This document shows positions 1 to 9,695 of a stretch of DNA of 35,182 nucleotides, one piece after another (the stretch's first letter is position 1; each line of letters opens with the position of its first letter). Location of the stretch: positions 1 through 35,182 of IMG/VR virus record IMGVR_UViG_3300011583_000001. One strand, written 5' to 3'. The stretch is from a virus. The notes beneath the pieces are model-generated. The model saw only the letters and a program-made list of their open reading frames with translations, ran no database searches and was not told where the DNA came from. Position numbers and translations under genes: made by a program.

Positions 1-63
1 AAATATACCAGAAGCAGGTGTATTTACTTGGTCTTCGGCATTTACAGTACTTTTAACATATAT
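1..63. repeat. Terminal direct repeat, copy 1 (identical to 35120..35182)
   Basis: Base-by-base comparison gives aaatataccagaagcaggtgtatttacttggtcttcggcatttacagtacttttaacatatat at both ends. Confidence 0.95.
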
Positions 64-939
64 ATTTTTTATATATCCATCAACAACTTTTTCCAACTTT
101 AAGCCAGAAAACCTATGCATATCATTTGTATTATCTAAATTATCAATTTCACAATTTCCGTCTAAATAAAGATTTTTAATTCGTACATTTGTATTTCCAT
201 TAACAACATCAGAACCTTTAACCAAATCAAATACTTGTGTTCCTTGTTTTCTCTTTATCCAAGAATAATTAAAGTCGATATTACAATTTGAGGGATAAAT
301 AATCGGCTCTGTAATTTCATAGATATTTGCATATGGGAATAAGCATTTATATCCTAGTGAAGTATATTCTTCAATTTGATTATTAATTTGTAAAGAAGAT
401 GTACCAGTTATTAGTTTCGATATTTCAGCCAATTGCGAATTAATTTCTTGAACTTGACCTTGTGATGCATAAGTAGTTAGATCCGCGGTTGCTATTACAT
501 TTTGTAATTCATCCTTAGTGTTTATAGCTGCAATATTGGCATTATTTAATTCTTCAGTAATAGTTGCTACATTATTGCTAGCTTGTTGTCCTTGCAGCAC
601 ACTTGCAACTACATTTATAGATATTGGGAATGTACTCATTTGCTTTGAATTAGTATCTGTCATTACTAATTCAAATTTTGCTTGTCCTATGGCTCTTGTG
701 CAATCAACAGGTAATTCTATATTAATTATATTACTTAATACATTTATTTTATCTCCTGATATAGTTACAACTGTATCATCTGCTTTAATCCAATTAACAG
801 TTAATATAACTCCTGTTAGGTCTGCTTGCATATCATTTTCAAATAGCATAGTTTTTAATAATATATTATCTCCTTGTTTACACTCTTTATATGTGTAGTC
901 TTGTTTATATGTGTCTATTTTGATATCTATTATTCTCAT
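1..939 (-). CDS. Tail fibre / receptor-binding protein, N-terminal 313 codons (BppU-like N domain plus coiled-coil linker); continues at the window end
   Basis: ATG at 939 lies 11 nt after AGGAGGT (951..957). My hand translation (MRIIDIKIDTYKQDYTYKECKQGDNILL...AIGQAKFELVMTDTNSKQMSTFPISINVVAS...) is open down to base 1. It is absent from the ORF track only because it has no stop in the window. Confidence 0.7.
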   Translation of the reverse strand, partial: MRIIDIKIDTYKQDYTYKECKQGDNILLKTMLFENDMQADLTGVILTVNWIKADDTVVTISGDKINVLSNIINIELPVDCTRAIGQAKFELVMTDTNSKQMSTFPISINVVASVLQGQQASNNVATITEELNNANIAAINTKDELQNVIATADLTTYASQGQVQEINSQLAEISKLITGTSSLQINNQIEEYTSLGYKCLFPYANIYEITEPIIYPSNCNIDFNYSWIKRKQGTQVFDLVKGSDVVNGNTNVRIKNLYLDGNCEIDNLDNTNDMHRFSGLKLEKVVDGYIKNIYVKSTVNAEDQVNTPASGIF

Positions 940-955
940 TTTTATCTATTACCTC

Positions 956-2860
956 CTATGCTACTATTGTTAAATTAACAGTTAATCTTTCGTTCAAATT
1001 GTGCCAAGTTTTGTTATTTACATCATATGCATTTAGAAAACCATAGATAAGTACCTTGCCATTTACTTTATCTATCTCTTGTACATATGCTCCTACTGAA
1101 CCAATCACGCCAAATGTAGAAGGCACATAGCTAGCTGTAGCTTCTGCAATGCTAACAGAAGCACTAATACGCTTATTCTTAAATTCTTCAGGTAATGTAA
1201 TCCATTTAGTAGAATATCCACTTCCACTTCCACTAAAAGAAGGCATTGCGAATGTAGTACTATAGTTTAAATGATGATATTCTCTTTTTGAAGTTCCTAC
1301 TTTATTATAAAACCCTGTAGCATCTACTCTAGTTAAAGAACCATCAGAGTTTTTCCATTCTGAGTAACTTCCTGTATGTTTAGCCACATCTCCACTCCTT
1401 CCACCGATAGCAAAGGCACCATCTTGCAAATTTATAGATACACTTTCATCTATAGAAGAAAGTATACCTGCCTTTATTAGATTGGCATTTAAAACACCTG
1501 TTGTTATAAGGGATGCATTTAATTTCCCAACTGTTATAAAATCTGCTACAATAGCACCATCCATAGTAATTGCAGTACCGTAAGGCCCATTTATACCTGT
1601 TGAACTATAACCAAAACCGCCCATATTCCAACGCCATACATTTACTGCAGTATTTACATCTGTTGTATCCATTATAAGTATCTCGTATGGATTCCCATTG
1701 TCATTTTGCCTTATAACTACGTTTCCACCCTTGCTACCTGTTATAAGACTTGTTGCATTTTCAATAGCCTTCTGATAATCGGATTTAACTTGTATTATTT
1801 CTTGTTTTACTTCTTGTATAGAATTATTAATAGAAGTCGCTAAGTTAGGTTTAAAACTACCTAATTCGATTTTTTCTATTCTATTAGTTATTAAACTTTT
1901 AACTATTTTTATTACTTTAGCTTTCAAATTTATATTTAGTTTTGAATGCTTAATAGTTACAGTGTCACCTAGATAAACTCTTTCTAGCACAGCATAATTT
2001 TTATATTCTTCTGTCTTGCTAAGTTCAATAAAATCTATCTTGTAATTAAATTCTGGTATATCTATTTTATTATTTTTCATATAATTAATTGCAGCTTCTC
2101 TAAGTTGTTCAATTGCAATGCTTTCTGTTATTCCTTTTTCTTCATCTATGCCTATATCAAATTCTTGAATTTTTATTTTAGGATGGGAATAATTATTAAT
2201 GTATGAACTATCTATATATTTTTCTGGTAATAGTAACCCGTCTCTTCCTTTTGGCATTAACCTTGTACATATACTATCTATATCAAGTGTTTCATCTATT
2301 TCTTTTATATTTTTACCATAAGCAACTAAAACACCTCTATCAAGCCCTCTTGACTGTAATAACTTAATAGTAAAGTTATCTCTTACTATTTCTCCACCCC
2401 AAGTATTTATTATTCCTTCTTTGCCCATTATAGCTTCAAGTGGATTCACTCTAATAAAATATCTTGTATTAATTTCTCCAACATCACCTGTAGAAATAAA
2501 TTTATGTGGATACTGTGTATGAGTTAATACCCAATCTAATGCACCATAACCTGTAGTTTCAGTAGGCCTTACATCTTCAAGTAAATTATCTATAAGGTCA
2601 TAAAATATATGCCTTGCATTTATCTTTATAGATGTCAACTTTTTAGTTTTATGGTAAATTCTAAATAATTGTCCATCTGCTTTAATTATGTTGTCTTCAA
2701 TTAAGTATTCCCACTTACCTCTATCATCTAATGCATATTCTAATTCTAATTCATATGATCCATTTAATTCTTCTTCAACGATTGCAGATAAAGGACTATC
2801 TAAAATTACTAATCCATTATTTTCAAAAATAGTTTCCTTACTGTTATAAACACAAATCAT
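956..2860 (-). CDS. Tail-associated lysin / prophage tail endopeptidase-like protein (Tal)
   Basis: The N-terminal region resembles the prophage-tail endopeptidase family (LVILDSPLSAIVEEELNGSYELELEY...ADGQLFRIY). It sits after Dit. I chose the ATG at 2860, preceded by GGAGGTGG; it overlaps the Dit stop as TAATG. Confidence 0.7.
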   Translation of the reverse strand: MICVYNSKETIFENNGLVILDSPLSAIVEEELNGSYELELEYALDDRGKWEYLIEDNIIKADGQLFRIYHKTKKLTSIKINARHIFYDLIDNLLEDVRPTETTGYGALDWVLTHTQYPHKFISTGDVGEINTRYFIRVNPLEAIMGKEGIINTWGGEIVRDNFTIKLLQSRGLDRGVLVAYGKNIKEIDETLDIDSICTRLMPKGRDGLLLPEKYIDSSYINNYSHPKIKIQEFDIGIDEEKGITESIAIEQLREAAINYMKNNKIDIPEFNYKIDFIELSKTEEYKNYAVLERVYLGDTVTIKHSKLNINLKAKVIKIVKSLITNRIEKIELGSFKPNLATSINNSIQEVKQEIIQVKSDYQKAIENATSLITGSKGGNVVIRQNDNGNPYEILIMDTTDVNTAVNVWRWNMGGFGYSSTGINGPYGTAITMDGAIVADFITVGKLNASLITTGVLNANLIKAGILSSIDESVSINLQDGAFAIGGRSGDVAKHTGSYSEWKNSDGSLTRVDATGFYNKVGTSKREYHHLNYSTTFAMPSFSGSGSGYSTKWITLPEEFKNKRISASVSIAEATASYVPSTFGVIGSVGAYVQEIDKVNGKVLIYGFLNAYDVNNKTWHNLNERLTVNLTIVA

Positions 2861-3558
2861 TATATCCACCTCCAACGTGGAATAATTTCTACTTTACTTA
2901 CATTACCTAACCAACTTATTGTATTAATTCCTGTATTCAGTTTTGGGAACTCTCCATTCATATTATTATTCATTAGTTTAGTATCTTTGTAACAATCTTT
3001 TAAATCACTATCAATTAAAACATAATCAATTATATCGTTAAGATATATAGTATTATTATTTATAATTAAACTTATATGACCACTTCCATATATTTTTATT
3101 AATGGATTAGAATCAAATTCAGTAGAATTAAATATTGTTGTATTAGTAGAATTTATAGAAATAATATTTTCTCCTGAAAATGACTTTTTAAAAGGCTTGC
3201 ACTCAAATACTATTTTACATTCATTAAAGAATTTAAATGTTTCTTCAAAACTAATTTTATTAATACACATTCCTTCATAGAAAACATCTGCTTCATCAGT
3301 AAAAAACAACTTGTTAATTCCAAATTTTCTATACAACCAACCATCTATAAGCCTAGAATATTTAGATACATCACTTTTTATATAACACTCTATCTCTATT
3401 TTTCTAGGTCCATATGAGCCATTGTCTATATATAAAGCTCCGTCTCTACCTGGTACCATTATTGTTTCAATATCTCTCTCAGGTGTATCGTATCTTCTAA
3501 CCTTTGTTACAACTAAATTAAATTCTTTAGAGCTTCTACCATTAAATATAAAATTCAT
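2860..3558 (-). CDS. Distal tail protein (Dit, siphovirus tail component)
   Basis: Position between tape measure and Tal, size 232 aa, and an N-terminus (FNGRSSKEFNLVV...PERDIETIMVPGRDG) typical of Dit. Confidence 0.65.
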   Translation of the reverse strand: MNFIFNGRSSKEFNLVVTKVRRYDTPERDIETIMVPGRDGALYIDNGSYGPRKIEIECYIKSDVSKYSRLIDGWLYRKFGINKLFFTDEADVFYEGMCINKISFEETFKFFNECKIVFECKPFKKSFSGENIISINSTNTTIFNSTEFDSNPLIKIYGSGHISLIINNNTIYLNDIIDYVLIDSDLKDCYKDTKLMNNNMNGEFPKLNTGINTISWLGNVSKVEIIPRWRWI

Positions 3559-3568
3559 TCTACACCTC

Positions 3569-5218
3569 CTAAATAGTTGTTAATCCTGTTTTCTTCATGT
3601 AAAAAGCTATTTCTTCCATAAGTGCTTCAATATCTTGCTCTCTATTGTTTTCAAAATGCTCTATATTTATAGAAAATCCACCATTGCGATTATTTTTATT
3701 TTCGTTTGAGATAATTTCTTTAATCTTTTCATACATACTATTTATAGGTATTACTGCTTCTGGTCCAGCTTCACCAACACCTTTTAGTCCATTAGGAGTA
3801 TTAAATAATGTAGGCTTATCAAATATTCCACCTTTTGCATACCAATCAACTTCTAATCTAGGCAACCCATTTTTTATCCAATCTAAAGGATTTACACTAG
3901 CATTTGACATCCTAAAGTGTGGCATTTTTAATTTAGGGAATTTCCATTGAAAGTTTAAAAATCCTTTAATCTTATCAATAACACCTTTTATTACATTCTT
4001 TGCAGCTTCAAATGGTTTTGACATAACATCTTTAATTTTTCCGAATACAGTTGATACAGTTGACATTATTGAATTAACTTTTTCACTTATACTATCTTTG
4101 ATGGCAGTGAATACAGTTGTTATCTTTTGCCACAATGCTTGTGCTCCAGCTTTTATTTTGTCCCAGTTCATATATAAAGCTATCCCTATTGCTATTAAAG
4201 CAGTAATTGCAATTATAACTAATCCAATTGGATTAGCCATTAATGCCGCATTTAAACCAATTTGAACACCAGTTGCAGTTGTAGTAAATGCAGTATAAGC
4301 AGCCATCAATCCATTTATAACGCTTATTATTTTTAATGCAATAAAAGCACCTAGTAAACCTCCCAATATAGGAATTAATATATTAGAATTGTCGACAATA
4401 AACATTATTGCACCTGAAATAAAATTGAAAACACTACCAACTACACTTTGTATTTGTGGCATGTTTTCTAAAACCCAATTAAGCATTTCTGTAAGTCTAG
4501 GCATCAACTCTGCAACAATTTTATCTTTTGTTGCTCCTAGACTAGACTTAACATCTGCTAATGTATCTCCAAACACAACTCCACTTGCTATCGCATCTTC
4601 TGACATTACAATTCCAAGTTCATCTGCTCGAAGTTTTAGTTCTTCCATGCCATCCGAACCTGCAGCTAGAAGTGGCTTTAATTCAGTATACGATTTACCT
4701 AACAAGTCATTACCTATACTGTTTTTTAATGCCCCCTCTTCCATGTCTGCCAAAGAATACATTACTTCTTCAAAGGCTTGTTCAGGTGTCATAGTGGAAA
4801 GCTGTTGCATGGATATACCTAGTTGTTCATATGCACTTTGAGATGCCTTACTTCCATTTTGTGCATCAATCATAGTATCAGATAATTTCTTCATGCCCAC
4901 TTCAAGTTTTTCAATATCTGCACCACTTTGTCCAGCTGCATATCCCCAACGTTGAAGATTTTCAACTCCTATACCTGTTCTAAGACTTAGCTTATCCCAT
5001 TTATCTGTAGTTTCAGCGGTTCCATTTGCCAATGCCATCAATCCACCGACTGCAGCAGTCGTCCCAGCTACTACAGCTGCTCCGATTTTTGCTCCTTTAT
5101 CAGCTACATCTTGTAGGCTTGTTTTACTCTTCTTGCCTTTTTCATCAACCTTCTTCAAAGATTCTATAGCCTTTTTATCTTCAATAAGTATTGTGCCGAA
5201 CAACCTAAACAGTTCCAT
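3569..5218 (-). CDS. Tail tape measure protein
   Basis: 549 aa, Ala/Gly-rich helical protein with a central hydrophobic block, located directly after the G/GT chaperones. Confidence 0.8.
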   Translation of the reverse strand: MELFRLFGTILIEDKKAIESLKKVDEKGKKSKTSLQDVADKGAKIGAAVVAGTTAAVGGLMALANGTAETTDKWDKLSLRTGIGVENLQRWGYAAGQSGADIEKLEVGMKKLSDTMIDAQNGSKASQSAYEQLGISMQQLSTMTPEQAFEEVMYSLADMEEGALKNSIGNDLLGKSYTELKPLLAAGSDGMEELKLRADELGIVMSEDAIASGVVFGDTLADVKSSLGATKDKIVAELMPRLTEMLNWVLENMPQIQSVVGSVFNFISGAIMFIVDNSNILIPILGGLLGAFIALKIISVINGLMAAYTAFTTTATGVQIGLNAALMANPIGLVIIAITALIAIGIALYMNWDKIKAGAQALWQKITTVFTAIKDSISEKVNSIMSTVSTVFGKIKDVMSKPFEAAKNVIKGVIDKIKGFLNFQWKFPKLKMPHFRMSNASVNPLDWIKNGLPRLEVDWYAKGGIFDKPTLFNTPNGLKGVGEAGPEAVIPINSMYEKIKEIISNENKNNRNGGFSINIEHFENNREQDIEALMEEIAFYMKKTGLTTI

Positions 5219-5546
5219 TATTTACATCTCCTTTCCTAAAATACTTTTCTATTTCTAAAATTTCACTCATTATTTCATCTTCACTTCTATTGTCTATTTT
5301 AATTTTTTTAGGTTTAACTTTCTCATAAAACTCTTCAAAACTTTCATAAGTTTTTTTATCGTATAATGGATATCTAGCTAACCACCAACGATAGTAATAT
5401 TCTTTAGTTTCTTCTTCTTGAGCCTTTACAATTAACTTTGTAGCACGTTTTAATGGCAGTTTTAATACATATTCTATATTCCCATATCTCTTTAGTAGCA
5501 AGTCCTCTATATACTCAATTTTGAGGTTGCTACCTACTTGAAAAAA
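5205..5546 (-). CDS. gpT-like extension of the tail assembly chaperone, reached by a -1 frameshift from the 5534..5845 frame
   Basis: The -1 frame from the slippery site reads QVGSNLKIEYIED with no stop, directly into the ORF listed at 5205..5501. Confidence 0.6.
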   Translation of the reverse strand, partial: FFQVGSNLKIEYIEDLLLKRYGNIEYVLKLPLKRATKLIVKAQEEETKEYYYRWWLARYPLYDKKTYESFEEFYEKVKPKKIKIDNRSEDEIMSEILEIEKYFRKGDVNNGTV

Positions 5547-5845
5547 TCCTTAAAATCATCATTATTGAATAATTCTGTAAAGAAGTCTTTTATCTGTTTA
5601 GGTTTATATTTCTTAACTACTTCAATTTCTTCATCTGTTATATTAGATATAAACTCAATAATCTGTTTATCAGCCTTGTATAATTTTTTAATAAATAATA
5701 GTGCAACTTGTGCTCCAACTTTTTCTTGTACCTTATCATTTTTAACTTTTGCTTTATCTAATAACTCATTTAGATCTAATTGTATATCCATAACATCTAT
5801 AATTTCACTCAACTTAAAAGTATCTTGTAATTCAAAACTTCTCAT
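5534..5845 (-). CDS. Tail assembly chaperone (gpG-like)
   Basis: Acidic 103-aa ORF between the major tail protein and the tape measure. It ends in a slippery heptamer. Confidence 0.65.
   Translation of the reverse strand: MRSFELQDTFKLSEIIDVMDIQLDLNELLDKAKVKNDKVQEKVGAQVALLFIKKLYKADKQIIEFISNITDEEIEVVKKYKPKQIKDFFTELFNNDDFKDFFK
5540..5546 (-). promoter_or_regulatory. -1 programmed ribosomal frameshift site T TTT TTC
   Basis: An X XXY YYZ heptamer in the correct zero frame (GAT TTT TTC AAG TAG), two codons before the G stop. Confidence 0.6.
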
Positions 5846-5889
5846 ATACTCCTCCTACTTATAAAAAAATAAGAGGGAAATTAATCCCT

Positions 5890-6405
5890 CTATGCTGCAA
5901 ATTCTACATTCCATGGTGGTGTGTCTCTACTTGTTTCATCATAACAAGCAGTAAATTCCAGTGACGGTACTACCTCATTCTTATCTTCTAATGTCCATTC
6001 AAGATTAGACATATTTAAAGCATCTTTAATATTAATAGTAACTGCTTTACCATCTTTAGTTTTTCCTACCCACTTAACATCATTGTAATCACCTTCTGCA
6101 ATTATAAGTGTAGATGTCATAGTGTTTTTAGTTGGTAATTCTACTACATCCGGCTTAATGCTCATACCTGGATAATATTTTGTCATGTCTGCGGCGGTGA
6201 AGAGCTCTAAGGCATTAACTGTTAACTTTGCTACTTCGGTGTCTATTACAATTCTACCTTTAACAGGTCCTCTGTCTCCATCAGCTTCGATATTTCTCAT
6301 TTCTCTTTCTACTACAAAAGCACTCCCACCACGTGTAAGACCTATTGGTGTACTTCCTACTGTTACAACTCCATAGCCTAATAAGATTTTATCTGCTGTT
6401 GCCAT
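5890..6405 (-). CDS. Major tail protein
   Basis: MATADKILLGYGVVTVGSTPIGLTRGGSAFVVE... The ATG at 6405 follows GAAAGGAAG. The longer track ORF would overlap the upstream gene. Confidence 0.7.
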   Translation of the reverse strand: MATADKILLGYGVVTVGSTPIGLTRGGSAFVVEREMRNIEADGDRGPVKGRIVIDTEVAKLTVNALELFTAADMTKYYPGMSIKPDVVELPTKNTMTSTLIIAEGDYNDVKWVGKTKDGKAVTINIKDALNMSNLEWTLEDKNEVVPSLEFTACYDETSRDTPPWNVEFAA

Positions 6406-6421
6406 TTTATCTACTTCCTTT

Positions 6422-6817
6422 CTATTTAAAGTATGCTCGTACCACATATCTAAGGTTAATAAGATGTGTAGTGACAAGCTCGTCAGGTGTTATATATTGT
6501 CTTTGTTCTCTATCGAAGTATAAGTTTAATTTATCTGTATTTATTATTCTTTGATTTAGTCCAGATGGTTGTGCTTGATTACCATTACCATCAATTAAAT
6601 CTGCTAAGTCTTCCATTCCTCTTACAGCCTTATTAACATCTTCATATATATCGATATTTACATACAAATCCTCACTGGGCATAGTATTTACTACACTTTC
6701 AACCTTATAAATGATATAAGGAAATACAGGTGATTTAGGTGCTTTATTGCGATACACTCTTGTATGTTTTGTTGCTAAATATGCTAATACTTCATCTGCT
6801 ACTAAGTTAATATTCAC
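6422..6817 (-). CDS. Tail completion / tail terminator-like protein
   Basis: Called from position only, immediately upstream of the major tail protein. Confidence 0.4.
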   Translation of the reverse strand: MNINLVADEVLAYLATKHTRVYRNKAPKSPVFPYIIYKVESVVNTMPSEDLYVNIDIYEDVNKAVRGMEDLADLIDGNGNQAQPSGLNQRIINTDKLNLYFDREQRQYITPDELVTTHLINLRYVVRAYFK

Positions 6818-6821
6818 ATTA

Positions 6822-7157
6822 TCACTCCTTCTTTCCTATTTCATCTAAGGCTTTTTTAATCATATCTTGTATAAGTTGTGCGTTTTTAACTACAACTGGC
6901 TTGATTGGATCATTGTTTCTTAATACAAAAGGTGCATAAAATATTTTAAATCCTATTTGTAAATCCTTTTCTTTTTTTCTTGCCCAATACCCTAATGATT
7001 TTTTTAATCTTCCTGTTCGTTTCGGTACATTAGTCCTTATTTCTTTAACTAAGTTTTGTCCTAAAATATTTAAAACTTTATATGGTGTTTCTTGAATTTT
7101 AACGCCAACGTTGTATATATTTGATTGAAATGTGAAGGGCTCACGTTTTCTAGCCAT
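6822..7157 (-). CDS. HK97 gp10-like head-tail joining protein
   Basis: VPKRTGRLKKSL motif plus position. Confidence 0.5.
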   Translation of the reverse strand: MARKREPFTFQSNIYNVGVKIQETPYKVLNILGQNLVKEIRTNVPKRTGRLKKSLGYWARKKEKDLQIGFKIFYAPFVLRNNDPIKPVVVKNAQLIQDMIKKALDEIGKKE

Positions 7158-7456
7158 TATACTTCGCTCCCAACATGAGAAGTTACTGTAAGCTCTGTCA
7201 CTTCACCTTTGTCATAAGTTCTAATTATTGAATATTCTTTGCCTTGATATTTTACTTTTTCATCATTGTTAAACTCAAATGAATTTATTTCAAATATCAA
7301 CTCTGGTTTTAAACCTACATTAGCAGCCTGATAAAATTCACTTTGCCTTACAGATTTTTTATTAGCAAATACTTGTCTATACACCATACTTTGAATAGGC
7401 TCACCATAGTCAATAACCTCGACCATATTCCCTATTTCAATTACTTCTTTCCACAT
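7157..7456 (-). CDS. Head closure / head-tail adaptor protein
   Basis: Size, position, and the motif FANKKSVRQSEFYQAANVGLKPELIFEI...YQGKEYSIIRT, typical of the head-tail joining family. Confidence 0.55.
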   Translation of the reverse strand: MWKEVIEIGNMVEVIDYGEPIQSMVYRQVFANKKSVRQSEFYQAANVGLKPELIFEINSFEFNNDEKVKYQGKEYSIIRTYDKGEVTELTVTSHVGSEV

Positions 7457-7740
7457 TAAACCACCTCAACTGTATACTCTTGTGATAATGTTAAATGTGT
7501 TTTTAGACTTATATAGGATGTCATGTATTTCTCACTGTCTTTATTATCAAGTCCAAAATTTGCTTTACAGTATAGGATTATCGCTCTTTTAATTAACATA
7601 TCTGTATCTAAAAGTTTATCTTCTAAAACACCACTTAGAATTAAATCAGCTTTAGCACTATCAATTAAATCTTCAATTTCTGTGTCTAATAGTGTAGTAG
7701 TTATTCTTAAGGTTTGTTTTATATCGTCTAATAGAGCCAT
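7456..7740 (-). CDS. gp6-like head-tail connector protein
   Basis: LDDIKQTLRITTTLLDTEIEDLIDSAKADL is a typical N-terminus for this family. The gene follows the capsid gene. Confidence 0.55.
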   Translation of the reverse strand: MALLDDIKQTLRITTTLLDTEIEDLIDSAKADLILSGVLEDKLLDTDMLIKRAIILYCKANFGLDNKDSEKYMTSYISLKTHLTLSQEYTVEVV

Positions 7741-7784
7741 TTAATCACCTCAAAAAGAAAAAGCGGTATAGTAACCGCTTTAAA

Positions 7785-9008
7785 TTATAATAATGTTTTT
7801 GTTATAGTAACTAAGGAATTTTTATCAACTACTTTACCATCAACTAACATGATAGCTTTAGTTACTTGATCGTCAGTATCGTTGTCCTCATACTTTTTAA
7901 GAGTTATGTTGTAGTTTGTATTTAAAACATAATCCTTAAAATTGAATAAGAAAGCTACAACTGTATCTGCTTCAACAGTTGCAGTTAAGTTAGGCATGTA
8001 CTCATTTAAGACTACTGTTCTGCCTAATAATGTTCTTTCAGGCTTACCAGCTATACCATAATTGATTCTAGCAATAGGCTGTTTTTGACTATCTACCATG
8101 CCTATAAATGACATGAATGTTTTCTTAGTCATGCACCATACTGCTTCGCTCTCATAAGCTAGCGGTAAAGCTGCTTCAGCATCTACTAATACCTGATAGG
8201 ATGCTTTTTCTGCAGCTGCAATATTAACATTTTGTCCCTCAACTACTGTTTCTTTTAAAATTCCTTTTGGTTGAGTAGTACCATCACCGTTGAATATTGA
8301 TTGTTCTAATGCTTTTGTCATAGCTTCGGTAATATTATTTATAATAGCAGCTTCAAACACTCCTAGAGTAGTTGTAGCAACTTCTAATGATACAGAAACT
8401 GCACATCTAAGCTTGAAATAATTAAAAGTAATAACTCCGGTAGTCTTTTTCTGTTTATCAGATGTAGAACCTTGACTTACCCATGTTGCCACTGGTTTGA
8501 CTGTAGATAATGGGATTGATAAACCACCTTTGTATGATGTTCTAGTTACAAGTGGCAAGATCATGCCTGTTGACTCTAATTTTTCAATTATTTTTTCTAA
8601 TACTGTTGTAGGTATTACTGAACCCACATCCCCAGTAACAGTATTTGTATCAATATTTAAAAATTGATTAGGAATTGCAGTTCCTTTTAATACATTGTTC
8701 ATAAACGCTTTTCTGTAGTCTAGGCTTGCAAACATATCATCATTTGCTACATTGTTAGTACTGTCTATTACTACTGTTCCCACTGGATTCACTCCTTTAT
8801 TTTCAAGATTAAGGGCTTTAAATTTATTCTCTAGTGCTGCTTTGTTCGCCATATGTTTAGCCTGTTCTTCCCATGCATTTTCCAATGTTTCAATTTCTAC
8901 AAGTTTAGCCTTACATTCTTCATCTGTTAAGTCATTAATTGTGCCTTCAATACTATTTTTAAGTGCAGCTAATTGTTCTAAGTAATCTTGTTTATTTTTA
9001 AATTTCAT
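7785..9008 (-). CDS. Major capsid protein, HK97 family, with an N-terminal coiled-coil delta domain
   Basis: About 400 aa after the ClpP-like protease. The N-terminal 100 aa are helical (scaffold-like). I chose the ATG at 9008, preceded by AGGTGG. Confidence 0.8.
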   Translation of the reverse strand: MKFKNKQDYLEQLAALKNSIEGTINDLTDEECKAKLVEIETLENAWEEQAKHMANKAALENKFKALNLENKGVNPVGTVVIDSTNNVANDDMFASLDYRKAFMNNVLKGTAIPNQFLNIDTNTVTGDVGSVIPTTVLEKIIEKLESTGMILPLVTRTSYKGGLSIPLSTVKPVATWVSQGSTSDKQKKTTGVITFNYFKLRCAVSVSLEVATTTLGVFEAAIINNITEAMTKALEQSIFNGDGTTQPKGILKETVVEGQNVNIAAAEKASYQVLVDAEAALPLAYESEAVWCMTKKTFMSFIGMVDSQKQPIARINYGIAGKPERTLLGRTVVLNEYMPNLTATVEADTVVAFLFNFKDYVLNTNYNITLKKYEDNDTDDQVTKAIMLVDGKVVDKNSLVTITKTLL

Positions 9009-9027
9009 TTTATATACCACCTTTAAA

Positions 9028-9693
9028 TTATATTTTTTTTAGTTTATTTAGTAATTTTTCTTTATTTGAATTATTCATTTTTTCATTTTGCATTTTTTCT
9101 ATAACTTCCTGTGGTATCATCCCATTGAATGAATTAAAAAAAGAACTGGTAGATGATGCTTGCTTTTCTTCAAACATTATTCCATCTATAAGTCCTCTAT
9201 CTAACGCTTGTTGAGCAGTTAACCACGTTTCGTCCGCCATCATTTTTAGTGCATCATTCATGCTCATACCACTTTTCGCAATATAAGCATTTGCTATAGT
9301 TTGATCAGCTACTTGTAATGTTTTTGATGTCTTGTCCATATCATCACTGTTGCCACTTGCATAAGTTGATACTTTATGACACATCATCATCGCCGTTGGA
9401 CTCATATAACAAGGCCCCGCCATAGCAATTACAGAACCTGCACTGTATGCACTTCCAACTACATTAATCCTAACATTACCTTTGCTGTAGCCACGAATAG
9501 CAGTGTAGATTTCACTACCTGCAGATATATCTCCACCACAGCTATTGATTTCGACTTCTAAATCTTCGTTTCCATTGACTGAACCCAAAATTTTATTTAC
9601 TTTACTAGGCGAGGTTGCTTCAATATCGAAATAGTCATAAATCCATTGTTGTCCACTAGTTATAATGGGCCCTTTTATATTTAACTTAGGCAT
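9028..9693 (-). CDS. ClpP-like (S14) prohead maturation protease
   Basis: INSCGGDISAGSEIYTAIRG...VVGSAYSAGSVIAMAG...MMCHKV matches the ClpP serine protease pattern. Confidence 0.8.
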   Translation of the reverse strand: MPKLNIKGPIITSGQQWIYDYFDIEATSPSKVNKILGSVNGNEDLEVEINSCGGDISAGSEIYTAIRGYSKGNVRINVVGSAYSAGSVIAMAGPCYMSPTAMMMCHKVSTYASGNSDDMDKTSKTLQVADQTIANAYIAKSGMSMNDALKMMADETWLTAQQALDRGLIDGIMFEEKQASSTSSFFNSFNGMIPQEVIEKMQNEKMNNSNKEKLLNKLKKI

Positions 9694-9695
9694 TA

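Noticed and set aside
1-63. The 63-bp identical ends as a biological direct terminal repeat of a linear phage genome.
   Set aside because: A single ORF with a proper start (939) and stop (33986) reads in frame through the junction. The genome also carries HNH plus terminase genes typical of cos packaging, with the candidate cos elsewhere. An assembly closure overlap is the simpler explanation.
518-898. Plus-strand 126-aa ORF from the track. Similar plus-strand ORFs occur at 3645..3950, 4389..4841, 5538..5864, 8752..8985, 11906..12373, 23360..23692, 27083..27385 and 33170..33454.
   Set aside because: All lie antisense inside well-supported minus-strand genes. They lack ribosome-binding sites and translate to low-complexity Leu/Ser/Ile/Phe-rich strings typical of shadow ORFs in AT-rich DNA.
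6406-6477. N-terminal extension of the major tail protein ORF (MSLHILLTLDMWYEHTLNRKEVDK...).
   Set aside because: It overlaps the upstream gene by 56 nt and has no ribosome-binding site. The internal ATG at 6405 has GAAAGGAAG upstream and gives a typical MTP N-terminus.
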